From: an uncultured Rubritepida sp.
GTDB taxonomy: Bacteria > Pseudomonadota > Alphaproteobacteria > Acetobacterales > Acetobacteraceae
Direction of reading: 5' to 3'
Length of the DNA: 64,000 nt
NCBI GenBank assembly: GCA_964395305.1
Contig: CAYNBM010000001.1
Span: 248,402 to 312,401, forward strand
Positions 53,502 through 63,168 of this stretch are shown here, in pieces (position 1 is the stretch's first letter; each line of letters opens with the position of its first letter). Position numbers and translations under genes: made by a program. The notes beneath the pieces are model-generated. The model searched no databases and was not told where the DNA came from. It was given only the letters and a program-made list of their open reading frames with translations.

Positions 53502-54995
53502 TCAGCGCAGCCGCGTCGCCTCCGTCACCGGGGGGGCAAGGTTCAGCGCCCCCTCCAGCCGGTAGCCCAGATCGAGGCCGGCGCGGCGCACCCAGACCTG
53601 GCGGAGGTCGAAGAGCGGAATGGCGCAGCCGGCGTCGAGCACCAGCCGCTGCGCCTCGGCCCAGAGCGCCATCTGCCGGGCCTCGTTCGTCTCGGTCCGG
53701 GCGGCGTCGATCTGCGCATCGGCCGCGCCGCAATGCGAAAAATTCAGGCTCATCGTCGGCCGGCCAGGCGCCGCGCTGGAATGGTAGAACTGGCTGAGAT
53801 AGCTATCCGCCACCGGGTAGCGCGCTGCGCCATAGAAGGTGAGCTGGCTGAGATTCTCCCGGATGCGGGTGTGGTAGGTGGCGTGTTCCACAACATCCAT
53901 CTCCAGCCGGATATTGGCCCGGCGCAGCTGCGCCTGCACCACCTCCATGATCGGCAATTGCGAGGTGATGGAGGAGACGACGGCGCGCAAGGTGATGCCC
54001 TGGGGATGCCCTGCCTCGGTCAGCAGCGCCCGGGCGCGGGCGGGGTCGGGGGCGAAGCGCGGCACCTCCTGCGTCGCGCCGAGATAGCCCGGCGGCACCA
54101 CGCTGGCCCAGGGCGTCGCCACATCGGTGCCGACAAAGCGTGCGATGGCCAGCGGGTCCACCGCATGCTGCACTGCGCGGCGCACCCGCAGGTCGGTCAG
54201 CGGGGCCGAGACGGTGTTGATCAGCAGGGTGCGGAACTCGCCGGGGCCGAAGACCTCGACCACGGTGTTCGGCTGCATCCGCATCCGCTCCACCCAGCGC
54301 TGCTCCCGCCGGCCCGAGATCAGGTCCAGCTCACCCGCCGAAAAAGCCAGCTCGCGCGTCTGGTCGGAGGGGATGAAACGCACATCGATGCCGGCCAGCG
54401 CGGGGACACCGCGGAAATACTGCGCATTGGCGGTGAGCCGAACCCGGCCCGGCGTGGCGCCCTCCAGCCGGAACGGCCCGGTGCCCGCGCCGCTCTCGGC
54501 CACGATCATGCCGCCATGGTAATTGGCGAAAAGCCCGAGCAGCCCTGGCACCGCCGCGCGCATCCGCACCACGATCGTGCGCGGGTCGGTGACGGTGATC
54601 TCGGCCACCGCCCGATAATCGGCGGCGAAACTGCTGCGCGCGGGGTCGGCCGCGCGCCTCAGCGAGAAGGCGACGGCCTCGGCGGTCAGCGGGGTGCCAT
54701 CATGAAACCGTATCCCCTGCCGCAGGCGAAAGGTGAGGCTGAGGCCATCCGCCGAGGCGGTCACTCTCTCGGCCAGATCGGGCTCGATCGCCGCCGGATC
54801 GGCGCTGCCAGGCGGGAAGCGCAGCAGCCCATCGAACATCCAGGCCGCCGTGCCCTTGTCCTGCGTGGCGGTGGCGCGATGCGGGTCCAGGCTGCCAGGG
54901 TCCTGCCCATTGGCGCCCACGCGCAGGGTTTGTGCCGCCGCGGGAAGCAGCAGGGCGAATGTCATGGCCAGGATGCGGATCATCATGGCTTGCAT
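53502..54995 (-). CDS. ABC transporter substrate-binding protein, family 5 (peptide/opine/nickel type)
   Basis: 497 aa. Signal peptide. QTLRVGANGQDPGSLDPH and WMFDGLLRFPPGS are shared with the partial gene at 63169. Confidence 0.85.
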   Translation of the reverse strand: MQAMMIRILAMTFALLLPAAAQTLRVGANGQDPGSLDPHRATATQDKGTAAWMFDGLLRFPPGSADPAAIEPDLAERVTASADGLSLTFRLRQGIRFHDGTPLTAEAVAFSLRRAADPARSSFAADYRAVAEITVTDPRTIVVRMRAAVPGLLGLFANYHGGMIVAESGAGTGPFRLEGATPGRVRLTANAQYFRGVPALAGIDVRFIPSDQTRELAFSAGELDLISGRREQRWVERMRMQPNTVVEVFGPGEFRTLLINTVSAPLTDLRVRRAVQHAVDPLAIARFVGTDVATPWASVVPPGYLGATQEVPRFAPDPARARALLTEAGHPQGITLRAVVSSITSQLPIMEVVQAQLRRANIRLEMDVVEHATYHTRIRENLSQLTFYGAARYPVADSYLSQFYHSSAAPGRPTMSLNFSHCGAADAQIDAARTETNEARQMALWAEAQRLVLDAGCAIPLFDLRQVWVRRAGLDLGYRLEGALNLAPPVTEATRLR

Positions 54996-55026
54996 GATGG
55001 CGCTTGCGGGGACAGGCTCGCAAGTG

Positions 55027-56139
55027 ATGGAAATTTACGACATCGCGGTGCTGGGCGGCGGCATGCTGGGCAGCGCCATCGGCTGGGGCTGCGCCTCGCG
55101 CGGGGCGCGCGTGGCGGTGCTGGATGGCGGCGACGTAGCGCTGCGCGCGGCGCGGGGCAATTTCGGCCTGGTCTGGAGCCAGGGCAAGGGCGATGGCATG
55201 CCGGCCTATGCCGCCTGGACGCGCGGCTCGCTGGCCGCCTGGCCGGCGTTGGCCGAGCGCATCTCGGGCCTGGCCGGGCGCGATGTGGGCTACCAGGCCC
55301 GGGGCGGGCTAAATTTTTGTCTCGGCGAGCATGAGCTGGAAGCGCGCCGTGTGGTGGTCAACCGGCTGCACAACCAGGGCGCCGAGGGGCTGCGCATCCT
55401 CGGCCGGGAGCAGCTGCTGGAGCTGATGCCCGGCTGCGAACTCGGCCCCGAGGTGCGCGGTGCCAGTTTCCAGCCCCAGGATGGCCATGCCGACCCGCTG
55501 ACCCTGCTGCGCGGCTTCCATGCCGGCCTGTTCGCGGCGGGCGCGACCCACCTGCCCGGCGCCGAGGTGGTGGCGATCGAGAAGCGCGCGCATTTCCTGG
55601 TGCGGCGCGCGGATGGCAGCGAGGTGCGGGCGCACAAGGTTGTGGTGGCGGCCGGCCTGGGCACGCCCGCGCTGGCGGCGATGATCGGCCTCGATGTGCC
55701 GGTGCGCCCGGTGCGCGGCCAGAACATCGTAACCGAGCGCATGGCGCCCATGCTGCCCCTGCCCGCCTCCGCCATCCGCCAGACGGTGGATGGCACCATC
55801 CAGATCGGCGTGACCTCGGAGGATGACGGCGACCCCGAGCCGCGCACGCGGGTGGCCAATCTCGCGGCCATGGCGGCCCGCGCGGTGCGGGTGCTGCCCG
55901 CCCTGGCCCAGGCGAAATCCATTCGGACATGGGGTGCGCTCCGGCCCATGACACCCGACAAATTCCCGGCTTATGCGCAGAGCGAGAGCCACCCCGGCGG
56001 TTTCGTCGCGGTCTGCCATTCCGCGGTGACGTTGGCGGCGATGCATGCCGGCCCCCTGGCCGAGGGCATTCTGGCCGGCCGCCTGCCCGATGCCGTGGCC
56101 GAACTCCATCCCCGCAGGTTCCATGTTCCGGCGCAGTGA
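55027..56139 (+). CDS. FAD-dependent oxidoreductase (opine oxidase subunit B-like)
   Basis: In-frame part of ORF 54733..56139, from MEIYDIAVLGGGMLGSAIG (dinucleotide fold). About 370 aa. Confidence 0.85.
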   Translation: MEIYDIAVLGGGMLGSAIGWGCASRGARVAVLDGGDVALRAARGNFGLVWSQGKGDGMPAYAAWTRGSLAAWPALAERISGLAGRDVGYQARGGLNFCLGEHELEARRVVVNRLHNQGAEGLRILGREQLLELMPGCELGPEVRGASFQPQDGHADPLTLLRGFHAGLFAAGATHLPGAEVVAIEKRAHFLVRRADGSEVRAHKVVVAAGLGTPALAAMIGLDVPVRPVRGQNIVTERMAPMLPLPASAIRQTVDGTIQIGVTSEDDGDPEPRTRVANLAAMAARAVRVLPALAQAKSIRTWGALRPMTPDKFPAYAQSESHPGGFVAVCHSAVTLAAMHAGPLAEGILAGRLPDAVAELHPRRFHVPAQ

Positions 56140-56383
56140 CCCCACCGATTGCACCATTTTTTGGGATGGCGCGGCGATACCGGCCCGCGCCGGCGAGCCA
56201 TTGGCGGCAGCCCTGCTGGCCGCGGGCGTGGCGAAATTCCGCGCAACGATCCTCAGCGGCGCGCCGCGCGGCCCCTATTGCATGATGGGCGCCTGCTTCG
56301 ATTGCCTCGTCACCGTGGATGGCGAGGCCGGGCGCCAGGCCTGCATGGTGGCGGTCACCCCCGGCATGGTGGTGGCGCCATGA
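56123..56383 (+). CDS. (2Fe-2S)-binding protein (HcnA-like small subunit)
   Basis: In-frame part of ORF 56045..56383. Carries PRGPYCMMGACFDCLVTVDG, about 86 aa. Confidence 0.75.
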   Translation: MFRRSDPTDCTIFWDGAAIPARAGEPLAAALLAAGVAKFRATILSGAPRGPYCMMGACFDCLVTVDGEAGRQACMVAVTPGMVVAP

Positions 56384-57711
56384 GGGTGGATGTGCTGGTG
56401 CTGGGCGCCGGCCCCGCGGGCATTTCGGCCGCGCTGGAGGCGCAGGCGCGGGGACTTTCGACCCTGCTGCTGGACGAGAATGCCGGCCCCGGCGGGCAGG
56501 TGCACCGCGGCGCCAAACACAGCGCCATCGGACCAGGGGCGGGGCAGGCCCGTGCCGGCGCCGCCCTAGCCGCGCGGCTCGCCGCCAGCGGGGTCGAGCG
56601 CCGCTTCGGCGCGGTGCTCTGGGCCATCGAGCCCGGCCCGGTGGCGTTTTTCTCCGAGGGCGGCGCGGCCAAAAAGATCCAGGCCGGGCAGATCATCCTG
56701 GCCACCGGCACCACCGAACGCGCGCTGCCCATCCCCGGCTGGACCCTGCCGGGCGTGATGGGCGTGGGGGCGGCGCAGATCCTGCTGAAATCCGCCGGGC
56801 TGTTGCCTGAAGGCCGGGTCTGGCTGGCCGGCCAGGGGCCGTTGCTCTGGCTCTATGCCGCCCAGGCGCTGGCGCGCGGCGGCAAGATCGCCGGCATCAT
56901 CGACATGAGCGAGCAGCAGCCGCGCGCACTCGCCCATCTGCCCCTGGCGCTGCTGGCGCCGGGCTATCTCGCGCGCGGGCTGTCCTGGATGCGCCAGGTC
57001 CGGGCCAGGGTTCCGGTCTACCGCACCAGGCGCTTTTCGGCCGGGGGCGATGGCAGGCTGGAGCATATCCTGATGGGCAGCCAGACCCATGCCGCCGACA
57101 TCCTGCTGCTGCATGACGGCGTCGTGCCCAATACCCAGGTCACCCGCGCCATCCAGGGCCTTGCGCACCGCTTCCGCGCCGGCGCCTGGGAGCCCGAGGC
57201 GGATGAATACGGCCGGACCAATATCCCCGGCATTCTGGTGGCCGGCGATGGCGCCGGCGTTTTCGGCGCCGAGGCCGCGGCGTTGTCGGGCCGTCTCGCA
57301 GCCCTTCAGGCCGCCCATGCGCTGGGCCGCTTCGGGCCGGAGCAGCGCGACGCCCTGGCCGGACCGCTGATGATGCAACGCGCCCGCCAGCGCGCGCCGC
57401 GCCGCTTCCTCGACGCGCTGTTCCCGCCGCTGCCCCCGCCGGCCGATGCGGTGACGCTGTGCCGCTGCGAGGAGGTGAGCGCCGGCCGGGTGCGGGAGGC
57501 GGTGGCACTGGGCTGCCTGGGCACCAACCAGCTCAAGGCGTTTACGAGGGCCGGGATGGGGGCCTGCCAGGGGCGGGTCTGCGGGCCGCTGCTGCATGCC
57601 GCGGTGACGCAGGCGCGCGGTGCGGCACCAACCGATGTGGCCCCGCTGCGCACGCGCTTCCCCACCAAGCCGCTCACCCTGGGCGAGCTGGCGGCGCTGG
57701 CGGAGGCATGA
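56380..57711 (+). CDS. NAD(P)/FAD-dependent oxidoreductase (HcnB/OoxA-like)
   Basis: In-frame part of ORF 56149..57711, from MRVDVLVLGAGPAGISAA. C-terminal BFD-like [2Fe-2S] motif LCRCEEVSAG...MGACQGRVCG. Confidence 0.85.
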   Translation: MRVDVLVLGAGPAGISAALEAQARGLSTLLLDENAGPGGQVHRGAKHSAIGPGAGQARAGAALAARLAASGVERRFGAVLWAIEPGPVAFFSEGGAAKKIQAGQIILATGTTERALPIPGWTLPGVMGVGAAQILLKSAGLLPEGRVWLAGQGPLLWLYAAQALARGGKIAGIIDMSEQQPRALAHLPLALLAPGYLARGLSWMRQVRARVPVYRTRRFSAGGDGRLEHILMGSQTHAADILLLHDGVVPNTQVTRAIQGLAHRFRAGAWEPEADEYGRTNIPGILVAGDGAGVFGAEAAALSGRLAALQAAHALGRFGPEQRDALAGPLMMQRARQRAPRRFLDALFPPLPPPADAVTLCRCEEVSAGRVREAVALGCLGTNQLKAFTRAGMGACQGRVCGPLLHAAVTQARGAAPTDVAPLRTRFPTKPLTLGELAALAEA

Positions 57712-58805
57712 ACACGGCCATCATCATCGGTGGCGGGCTGCACGGCCTCTCCACCGCGCTGCACCTCGCCCACCTGCCGGGCTGGCGGGTGACCGTGCTG
57801 GAACGCCGCCATGTCGGCCGCCACAGCTCGGGCATCAATGCCGGCGGCGTGCGGCGGCTGGGGCGCGATCTTGCCGAGGTGGGCCTCTCCATGGTCGCCG
57901 CCGAGATGTGGGCCGATATGGCAAAACTGGTGGGCGATGATGGCGGGTTTCGCCCCACCGGCCAGGTCAAGCTCGCCGAAAGCGACGCCGATATGGCAGC
58001 CCTGGCGCGCCGCCGCGACGCCATGCTGGCCCGCGGCTGGACGCATGAGGAGTTGATCGACGCCGCCGAGACCCGCCGCCTGCTGCCCAACGTCGCGCCC
58101 CATATCAAGGGCGCGCTGGTGGTGCGCGATGACGGCTCGGCCAATCCCATGCGCACCGTGATGGCCTTTCGCCGCGCGGTGCTGGAAGCGGGTGCGACGA
58201 TCATCGAAGGCATATCCGTCACCGGCATCGGCCCCGGCCTGGTGGTGGAGACCGACCAGGGGCCGATGCGGGCCGACCGCGTGGCCAATTGCGCCGGCGC
58301 CTGGGCCAGCGGGCTGGCGGCCGCCATCGGCGAGCCCATTCCCACCACGCCCAAGGCCTCGATGATGATCGTGACCGAACGCCTGCCGCGGTTCTGTGAG
58401 CCCACGGTCGGCAGCCAGTCCCGCGCGCTGTCCTTCAAGCAGACCGATGAGGGCACGGTGGTGATCGGCGGCGGCCACCAGGGCAGCAATGACCTCGGCG
58501 CCGAGACCGCCTCGGTCGATTTCAGCAACCTCGCCCATGCCGCGCGCATCGCCGGCGAGATCTTTCCCCTCGTGCGAGGCGCAAAGATCATCCGCAGCTG
58601 GACGGGCATCGAGGCCCGCACGCCCGACCAGGTGCCGGTGCTGGGCGAAAGCCGCGCCCTGCCCGGGCTGTTCCATTCCTTCGGCTATTCCGGCCACGGC
58701 TTCCAGCTTTCGCCCGCCGCCGGCGCCGCGATGGCCGAGCTGATGGCGCGCGGTGCCACCAACCTGCCCATCGACGGGCTTTCGCCGCATCGCTTCGCCG
58801 CATGA
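57708..58805 (+). CDS. FAD-dependent oxidoreductase (HcnC/sarcosine oxidase beta-like)
   Basis: In-frame part of ORF 57459..58805, from MNTAIIIGGGLHGLSTAL. Contains HSFGYSGHGFQLSPAAG. Confidence 0.85.
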   Translation: MNTAIIIGGGLHGLSTALHLAHLPGWRVTVLERRHVGRHSSGINAGGVRRLGRDLAEVGLSMVAAEMWADMAKLVGDDGGFRPTGQVKLAESDADMAALARRRDAMLARGWTHEELIDAAETRRLLPNVAPHIKGALVVRDDGSANPMRTVMAFRRAVLEAGATIIEGISVTGIGPGLVVETDQGPMRADRVANCAGAWASGLAAAIGEPIPTTPKASMMIVTERLPRFCEPTVGSQSRALSFKQTDEGTVVIGGGHQGSNDLGAETASVDFSNLAHAARIAGEIFPLVRGAKIIRSWTGIEARTPDQVPVLGESRALPGLFHSFGYSGHGFQLSPAAGAAMAELMARGATNLPIDGLSPHRFAA

Positions 58806-59758
58806 ACCCGCTTGAGGTGCGCGCGCTGCGCGCCGAATTCCGCATCGACGGCGTGTGGCGCGAGGCGGTGGCCGGCGTCTCCTTCACCCTCGCCGCACGG
58901 GAAACCCTGGCGCTGGTGGGCGAGAGCGGCTGCGGCAAGAGCGTCACCGCCATGAGCGTGATGGGGCTGATCCGCCCGCCCGTCGGCCGCGTCGCATCCG
59001 GCGAGGTGGTGCTGGAGGGGAGGAACATCGCGGGCCTGGCCGAACCCGCGCTGGAAAAGCTGCGCGGCGCCCGTATGGCGATGATCTTCCAGGAACCGAT
59101 GACCGCGCTGAACCCGGTGATGACCGTGGGCGACCAGGTGGCGGAATCGCTGATCATCCATCGCGGCCTCTCCCACAGCGCCGCCATGGAACGCGCCCGC
59201 GCGCTGTTCGAGGAGGTCAAGATCCCCTCCGCCGCCACCCGGCTGCGCGATTATCCCCACCAGTTCTCCGGCGGCATGCGGCAGCGGGTGATGATCGCCA
59301 TCGCCCTGGCCTGCGAACCCGCCGTGCTGCTGGCCGATGAGCCGACCACGGCGCTCGATGTCACCATCCAGGCCCAGGTGCTGGGCCTGCTGGCCGATGC
59401 CCAGCGGGCGCGCGGCATGGCCATGCTGTTCATCACCCACAATCTCGGCGTGGTCGCGCAGATCGCCGACCGGGTGGCAGTGATGTATGCCGGACAGGTC
59501 GTCGAGGAGGGGTTGGTGGCGGAGATTTTTGCCGCCCCCGCGCACCCCTATACGCGGGCACTTTTCGCCGCGATCCCGCGGCTTTCGGCGGCGGCGCAGC
59601 CGCTGACCGCGATCCCAGGCCGGGTGCCGCCGCTCGACGCCATGCCGCCGGGCTGCCGCTTCCAGGCCCGCTGCCCGATGGCGGGGCCGGGCTGCGAGAC
59701 GCCGCAGGCGCTGCGCCCACTGGCCGGCGCGCATGCCGTGCGGTGCCATCGTGCTTGA
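58802..59758 (+). CDS. ABC transporter ATP-binding protein (DppD/OppD type)
   Basis: Walker A GESGCGKS, signature [12 protein letters not shown], Walker [13 protein letters not shown]-terminal oligopeptide-type extension with HPYTRALF and CRFQARC. Confidence 0.9.
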   Translation: MNPLEVRALRAEFRIDGVWREAVAGVSFTLAARETLALVGESGCGKSVTAMSVMGLIRPPVGRVASGEVVLEGRNIAGLAEPALEKLRGARMAMIFQEPMTALNPVMTVGDQVAESLIIHRGLSHSAAMERARALFEEVKIPSAATRLRDYPHQFSGGMRQRVMIAIALACEPAVLLADEPTTALDVTIQAQVLGLLADAQRARGMAMLFITHNLGVVAQIADRVAVMYAGQVVEEGLVAEIFAAPAHPYTRALFAAIPRLSAAAQPLTAIPGRVPPLDAMPPGCRFQARCPMAGPGCETPQALRPLAGAHAVRCHRA

Positions 59759-60431
59759 TCCCGTGGGCCGCGTGGTGATGGTCAGCGGCGCCTCGCGCGG
59801 GATTGGCCGTGCGATCGCGCAGCGGCTGCTGACAGCGGGCTGCATCGTCAGCGCGGGGGTGCGCAACCCGGCCACGGCCCCGCCCGGCGCCCTGGCCTGC
59901 CGCTACGATGCCGCCGGGCCGGCCGATTCCTGGGTGGCGCAAACCCTGGCCGCGCATGGCCGGATCGATGCCGTGGTGAATGCCGCCGGCATCAACCCCC
60001 GGGCCAATTTCCTGCAGGCCGATGAGGCCCCCTTCCATGAGATGTGGAACATCAACGCCATGGCGCCCATGCGCGTCATCCGCGCCGCCTGGGCGCCGCT
60101 GCTGGCGAGTGGCACCGGGCGGGTGCTGAACATCGCCTCGCTCTCGGGCAAGCGCGTGCGCAACGACAACACCGGCTACGCCATGAGCAAATTCGCCCTG
60201 ATGGCACTCACCCAGGCGGTCCGGCGCGAGGGATTTTCCCGCGGCATCCGCGCCTCGGCGCTCTGCCCCGGCTTCGTCGCCACCGACATGACCATGGCCG
60301 CCGATTTCGACCGCGCGCAGATGAGCCGGCCTGAGGATCTCGCCGAGATGGCACATCTGCTGCTGCACCTGCCCAACAATGCCGTGGTCTCGGAACTGCT
60401 GGTGAATTGCCGGCTGGAGGCGATGCTGTGA
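59751..60431 (+). CDS. SDR-family oxidoreductase (classical)
   Basis: ORF 59733..60431, with GTG at 59751. Contains VVMVSGASRGIGRAI and canonical GYAMSKFAL. Confidence 0.85.
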   Translation: MLDPVGRVVMVSGASRGIGRAIAQRLLTAGCIVSAGVRNPATAPPGALACRYDAAGPADSWVAQTLAAHGRIDAVVNAAGINPRANFLQADEAPFHEMWNINAMAPMRVIRAAWAPLLASGTGRVLNIASLSGKRVRNDNTGYAMSKFALMALTQAVRREGFSRGIRASALCPGFVATDMTMAADFDRAQMSRPEDLAEMAHLLLHLPNNAVVSELLVNCRLEAML

Positions 60432-60703
60432 CGCCCATCCGCCTGCTCGATCAGGACCGCGCGGAACTCTCCTTCACGCTGGATGGCGCGGTGCTGACGG
60501 CGCGGGCCGGCGATACGCTGCTGACCGCCATCCTGGCCTCGGGCGCCGGCCATGTCCGGCAGAGCGAGTTCGGCGATGGCCCGCGCGCCGGCTTCTGCTG
60601 GATGGGCGCCTGCCAGGATTGCTTCATCATCGTCGAGGGCCGCGGCGCGAAGCGGGCCTGTGGCACCCCGGTCGAGCCCGGCATGGCGGTACGCCGCCGA
60701 TGA
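60428..60703 (+). CDS. (2Fe-2S)-binding protein (HcnA-like small subunit)
   Basis: In-frame part of ORF 60407..60703, GTG start (GTGA overlap). PRAGFCWMGACQDCFIIVEG. Confidence 0.75.
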   Translation: MTPIRLLDQDRAELSFTLDGAVLTARAGDTLLTAILASGAGHVRQSEFGDGPRAGFCWMGACQDCFIIVEGRGAKRACGTPVEPGMAVRRR

Positions 60704-62028
60704 GCATCGTGGTGGTGGGTGCCGGCCCGGCCGGGGTGCGGGCGGTGGAGCGGCTGGTGGCGGCGGGCCTGCGCCCGGTCTGGATCGAGGAGGCCCCCGA
60801 TGCCGGCGGCCGCGTCTTCCAGAAGCCGCCGCCGGAATTCTCCCGCACCGCGCGCGCGCTTTACGGCGCCGACCACAAGCGGGCCAGCGCCCTGCATGCC
60901 GCCCATGCCGGCCTGCGCGCCTGCACGGATTGGCGGCCCGGCACGCTGGTGTGGAACATCCGCCCGGGCCCGCGCCTGCTCGACCTGCAAACCCCCGATG
61001 GCAGCCATGAAACCCTGGGCTTCGAGCGCATCATCCTCTGCACCGGTGCGATGGACCGCGTGGTGCCCATCCCGGGCTGGACGCAGCCCGGCGTCACCTC
61101 GCTGGGTGCGGCGCAGATCGCGCTGAAGACCCAGGGGCTGGCGCTGGGCAAGCGGGTCGCGCTTTGCGGCACCGGGCCGCTGCTGCTGCTGCTGGCCTGG
61201 CAATTGACCAAGGCCGGCGCGCCGCCCGCTTTGGTGCTGGAGAGTGCGGATTGGCCGGGCATGCTGCGGCCCGGCCTGGCCTGGAACCTGCCCGCCGCGG
61301 CGCGTGGCCTGGCCTGGATGGCGGGCCTGAAGCGCGCCGGGGTGGCGTGGCATCGCGGCGCCGTGCCGCTCAGCGTGGCCGAGGGCTGCGAGGCGCTGGT
61401 CTGGCGTGACCGCCGCGGCGATACAAGGCGCACGACGGTGGATGCCGTGGCGCTGGGCTGGGGCCTCAAGCCCGAGACGCAACTGGCCGATCTCGCCGGC
61501 GCGCGTTTTTCATTCGATCCGCTGCAACGCCTCTGGGTGCCCGAACGCGATGCGGCCGGCCGCTGCTCGGTGCCGGGCGTCTATCTCGCCGGCGATGGCG
61601 CCAGCATCGGCGGCAGCGTGGTGGCCGAACTGGCCGGCGCCCGCGCGGCGCTGGCGCTGCTGGAGGATGCCGGCCATCGGCCCGACCCGCTGGAGATGGT
61701 CACCCTCGATCGCGCCCTGGCGCGCGAGGCGGGTTTTCGCCGCGCGCTGGAGCGGGCCTTCCCGTACCCCCACGCCCTGGCGGCGACGATGCCCGATGCG
61801 ACGCTGCTCTGCCGCTGCGAGGCGATCACCGCGGGCGAGATGCGCGCCTCCGCTGCCCCCGAGGTCAATCGCGGCAAGGCGCTGACCCGGGTGGGCATGG
61901 GCCGCTGCCAGGGCCGGCTCTGCGGCCCGCCGGCGGCCGAGGTGCTGGCGGCGGCGCTGGGTTGCGATATCGCCGAGGTCGGCCGGCTGCGCGGGCAGAT
62001 GCCGGTGAAGCCGGTGGTGCTGCGATGA
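60700..62028 (+). CDS. NAD(P)/FAD-dependent oxidoreductase (HcnB/OoxA-like)
   Basis: In-frame part of ORF 60619..62028, from MSIVVVGAGPAGVRAV. BFD-like motif LCRCEAITAG...MGRCQGRLCG. Confidence 0.85.
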   Translation: MSIVVVGAGPAGVRAVERLVAAGLRPVWIEEAPDAGGRVFQKPPPEFSRTARALYGADHKRASALHAAHAGLRACTDWRPGTLVWNIRPGPRLLDLQTPDGSHETLGFERIILCTGAMDRVVPIPGWTQPGVTSLGAAQIALKTQGLALGKRVALCGTGPLLLLLAWQLTKAGAPPALVLESADWPGMLRPGLAWNLPAAARGLAWMAGLKRAGVAWHRGAVPLSVAEGCEALVWRDRRGDTRRTTVDAVALGWGLKPETQLADLAGARFSFDPLQRLWVPERDAAGRCSVPGVYLAGDGASIGGSVVAELAGARAALALLEDAGHRPDPLEMVTLDRALAREAGFRRALERAFPYPHALAATMPDATLLCRCEAITAGEMRASAAPEVNRGKALTRVGMGRCQGRLCGPPAAEVLAAALGCDIAEVGRLRGQMPVKPVVLR

Positions 62029-63158
62029 AGGCCGATGTCATCGTGCTCGGCGGCGGTGGTGCCGGGTGTTCCGCGGCCCTGCACCTGGCGCGGCGCGGCG
62101 CGCGCGTCGTGCTGCTGGAACGCGGCCTGGTCGGCAGCCAGGCCAGCGGCGTGAACCATGGCGGCGTGCGCCAGCAAGGGCGCCACCCCGCCGAAATCCC
62201 GCTCGCCATCCGCTCGCGCGCGCTGTGGTCGCGCATGCGCGAACTCTGCGGCACCGACGCCGAATTTGACCCCTGCGGGCATCTGAAACTGGCGCGCAGC
62301 GGGGCCGAGGAGGCCGATTTGCTGCGCTGGAACGAGATGGCCGCGGGCCATGGGCTGAAGACCACCATGCTGGGCCGCAACGCTATCCGGGCGCAGCACC
62401 CGTATTTTTCCGAGCGTGTCGTGGCCGGCTCGCTGCTGGCCGAGGACGGTTCGGCCAATCCCCGCCTGCTCACCCCCGCCCTGGCGCGGGCCGCCCGCGA
62501 GGCCGGCGCCATACTGCTCGAACACCACGAGGTCACGGCCATCGCGCCGGGCTTCCGCGTCCAGGCCGCCGGGCAGGAATTCGAGGCCCCCATCCTGCTG
62601 AACTGCGCCGGCTTCTGGGGCGGCAAAGTCGCGGAACAATTTGGCGAGCCGGTGCCGGTCTACCCCCTCAACCCCAATATGCTGGTGACAGAGCCGCTGC
62701 CGTTCTTCTGCACCCACAATCTCGGCGTGGTCGGCGGCGATGTGTATATCCGCCAGATCGCGCGGGGCAACGTCATCTTCGGCGGCGGGCGGGGCGAGAG
62801 CGACCCTGCGGTGCCGATGTCCCGCCCGCTGCCCGAACCCGCCTTCGCCGCCATGGCGCGGGCCGCCGAGATCATCCCGCATCTGGCCGATGCCATGATC
62901 ATCCGCAGCTGGACGGGGATCGATGGCGGCATGCCCGATGCGCTGCCGGTGCTCGGCCCCAGCCGCACCACGCCCGGGCTGATCCATGCCTTCGGCTTTT
63001 CCGGCCATGGCTTCATGCTGGGGCCGGCCATCGGCGCCATCCTCAGCGAGCTGGTGCTGGATGGCCGCACCGATGTCCCGCTGGAAGCCTTCGACATTGG
63101 CCGCTTCGCGGGCCACACTGCGCTGGAAGCCGATGTGTGGAAAACGCGTCTCGAATGA
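62025..63158 (+). CDS. FAD-dependent oxidoreductase (HcnC/sarcosine oxidase beta-like)
   Basis: In-frame part of ORF 61962..63158, from MKADVIVLGGGGAGCSAAL. Contains HAFGFSGHGFMLGPAIG. Paralogue of 57708..58805. Confidence 0.85.
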   Translation: MKADVIVLGGGGAGCSAALHLARRGARVVLLERGLVGSQASGVNHGGVRQQGRHPAEIPLAIRSRALWSRMRELCGTDAEFDPCGHLKLARSGAEEADLLRWNEMAAGHGLKTTMLGRNAIRAQHPYFSERVVAGSLLAEDGSANPRLLTPALARAAREAGAILLEHHEVTAIAPGFRVQAAGQEFEAPILLNCAGFWGGKVAEQFGEPVPVYPLNPNMLVTEPLPFFCTHNLGVVGGDVYIRQIARGNVIFGGGRGESDPAVPMSRPLPEPAFAAMARAAEIIPHLADAMIIRSWTGIDGGMPDALPVLGPSRTTPGLIHAFGFSGHGFMLGPAIGAILSELVLDGRTDVPLEAFDIGRFAGHTALEADVWKTRLE

Positions 63159-63168
63159 GGAATGGACG

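Noticed and set aside
56123-63158. Calling the 2Fe-2S/flavoprotein triads hydrogen cyanide synthase (hcnABC).
   Set aside because: The architecture is shared with opine oxidases and D-hydroxyproline dehydrogenase. The flanking peptide/opine-type binding proteins argue for catabolism. Sequence reading alone cannot assign the substrate.
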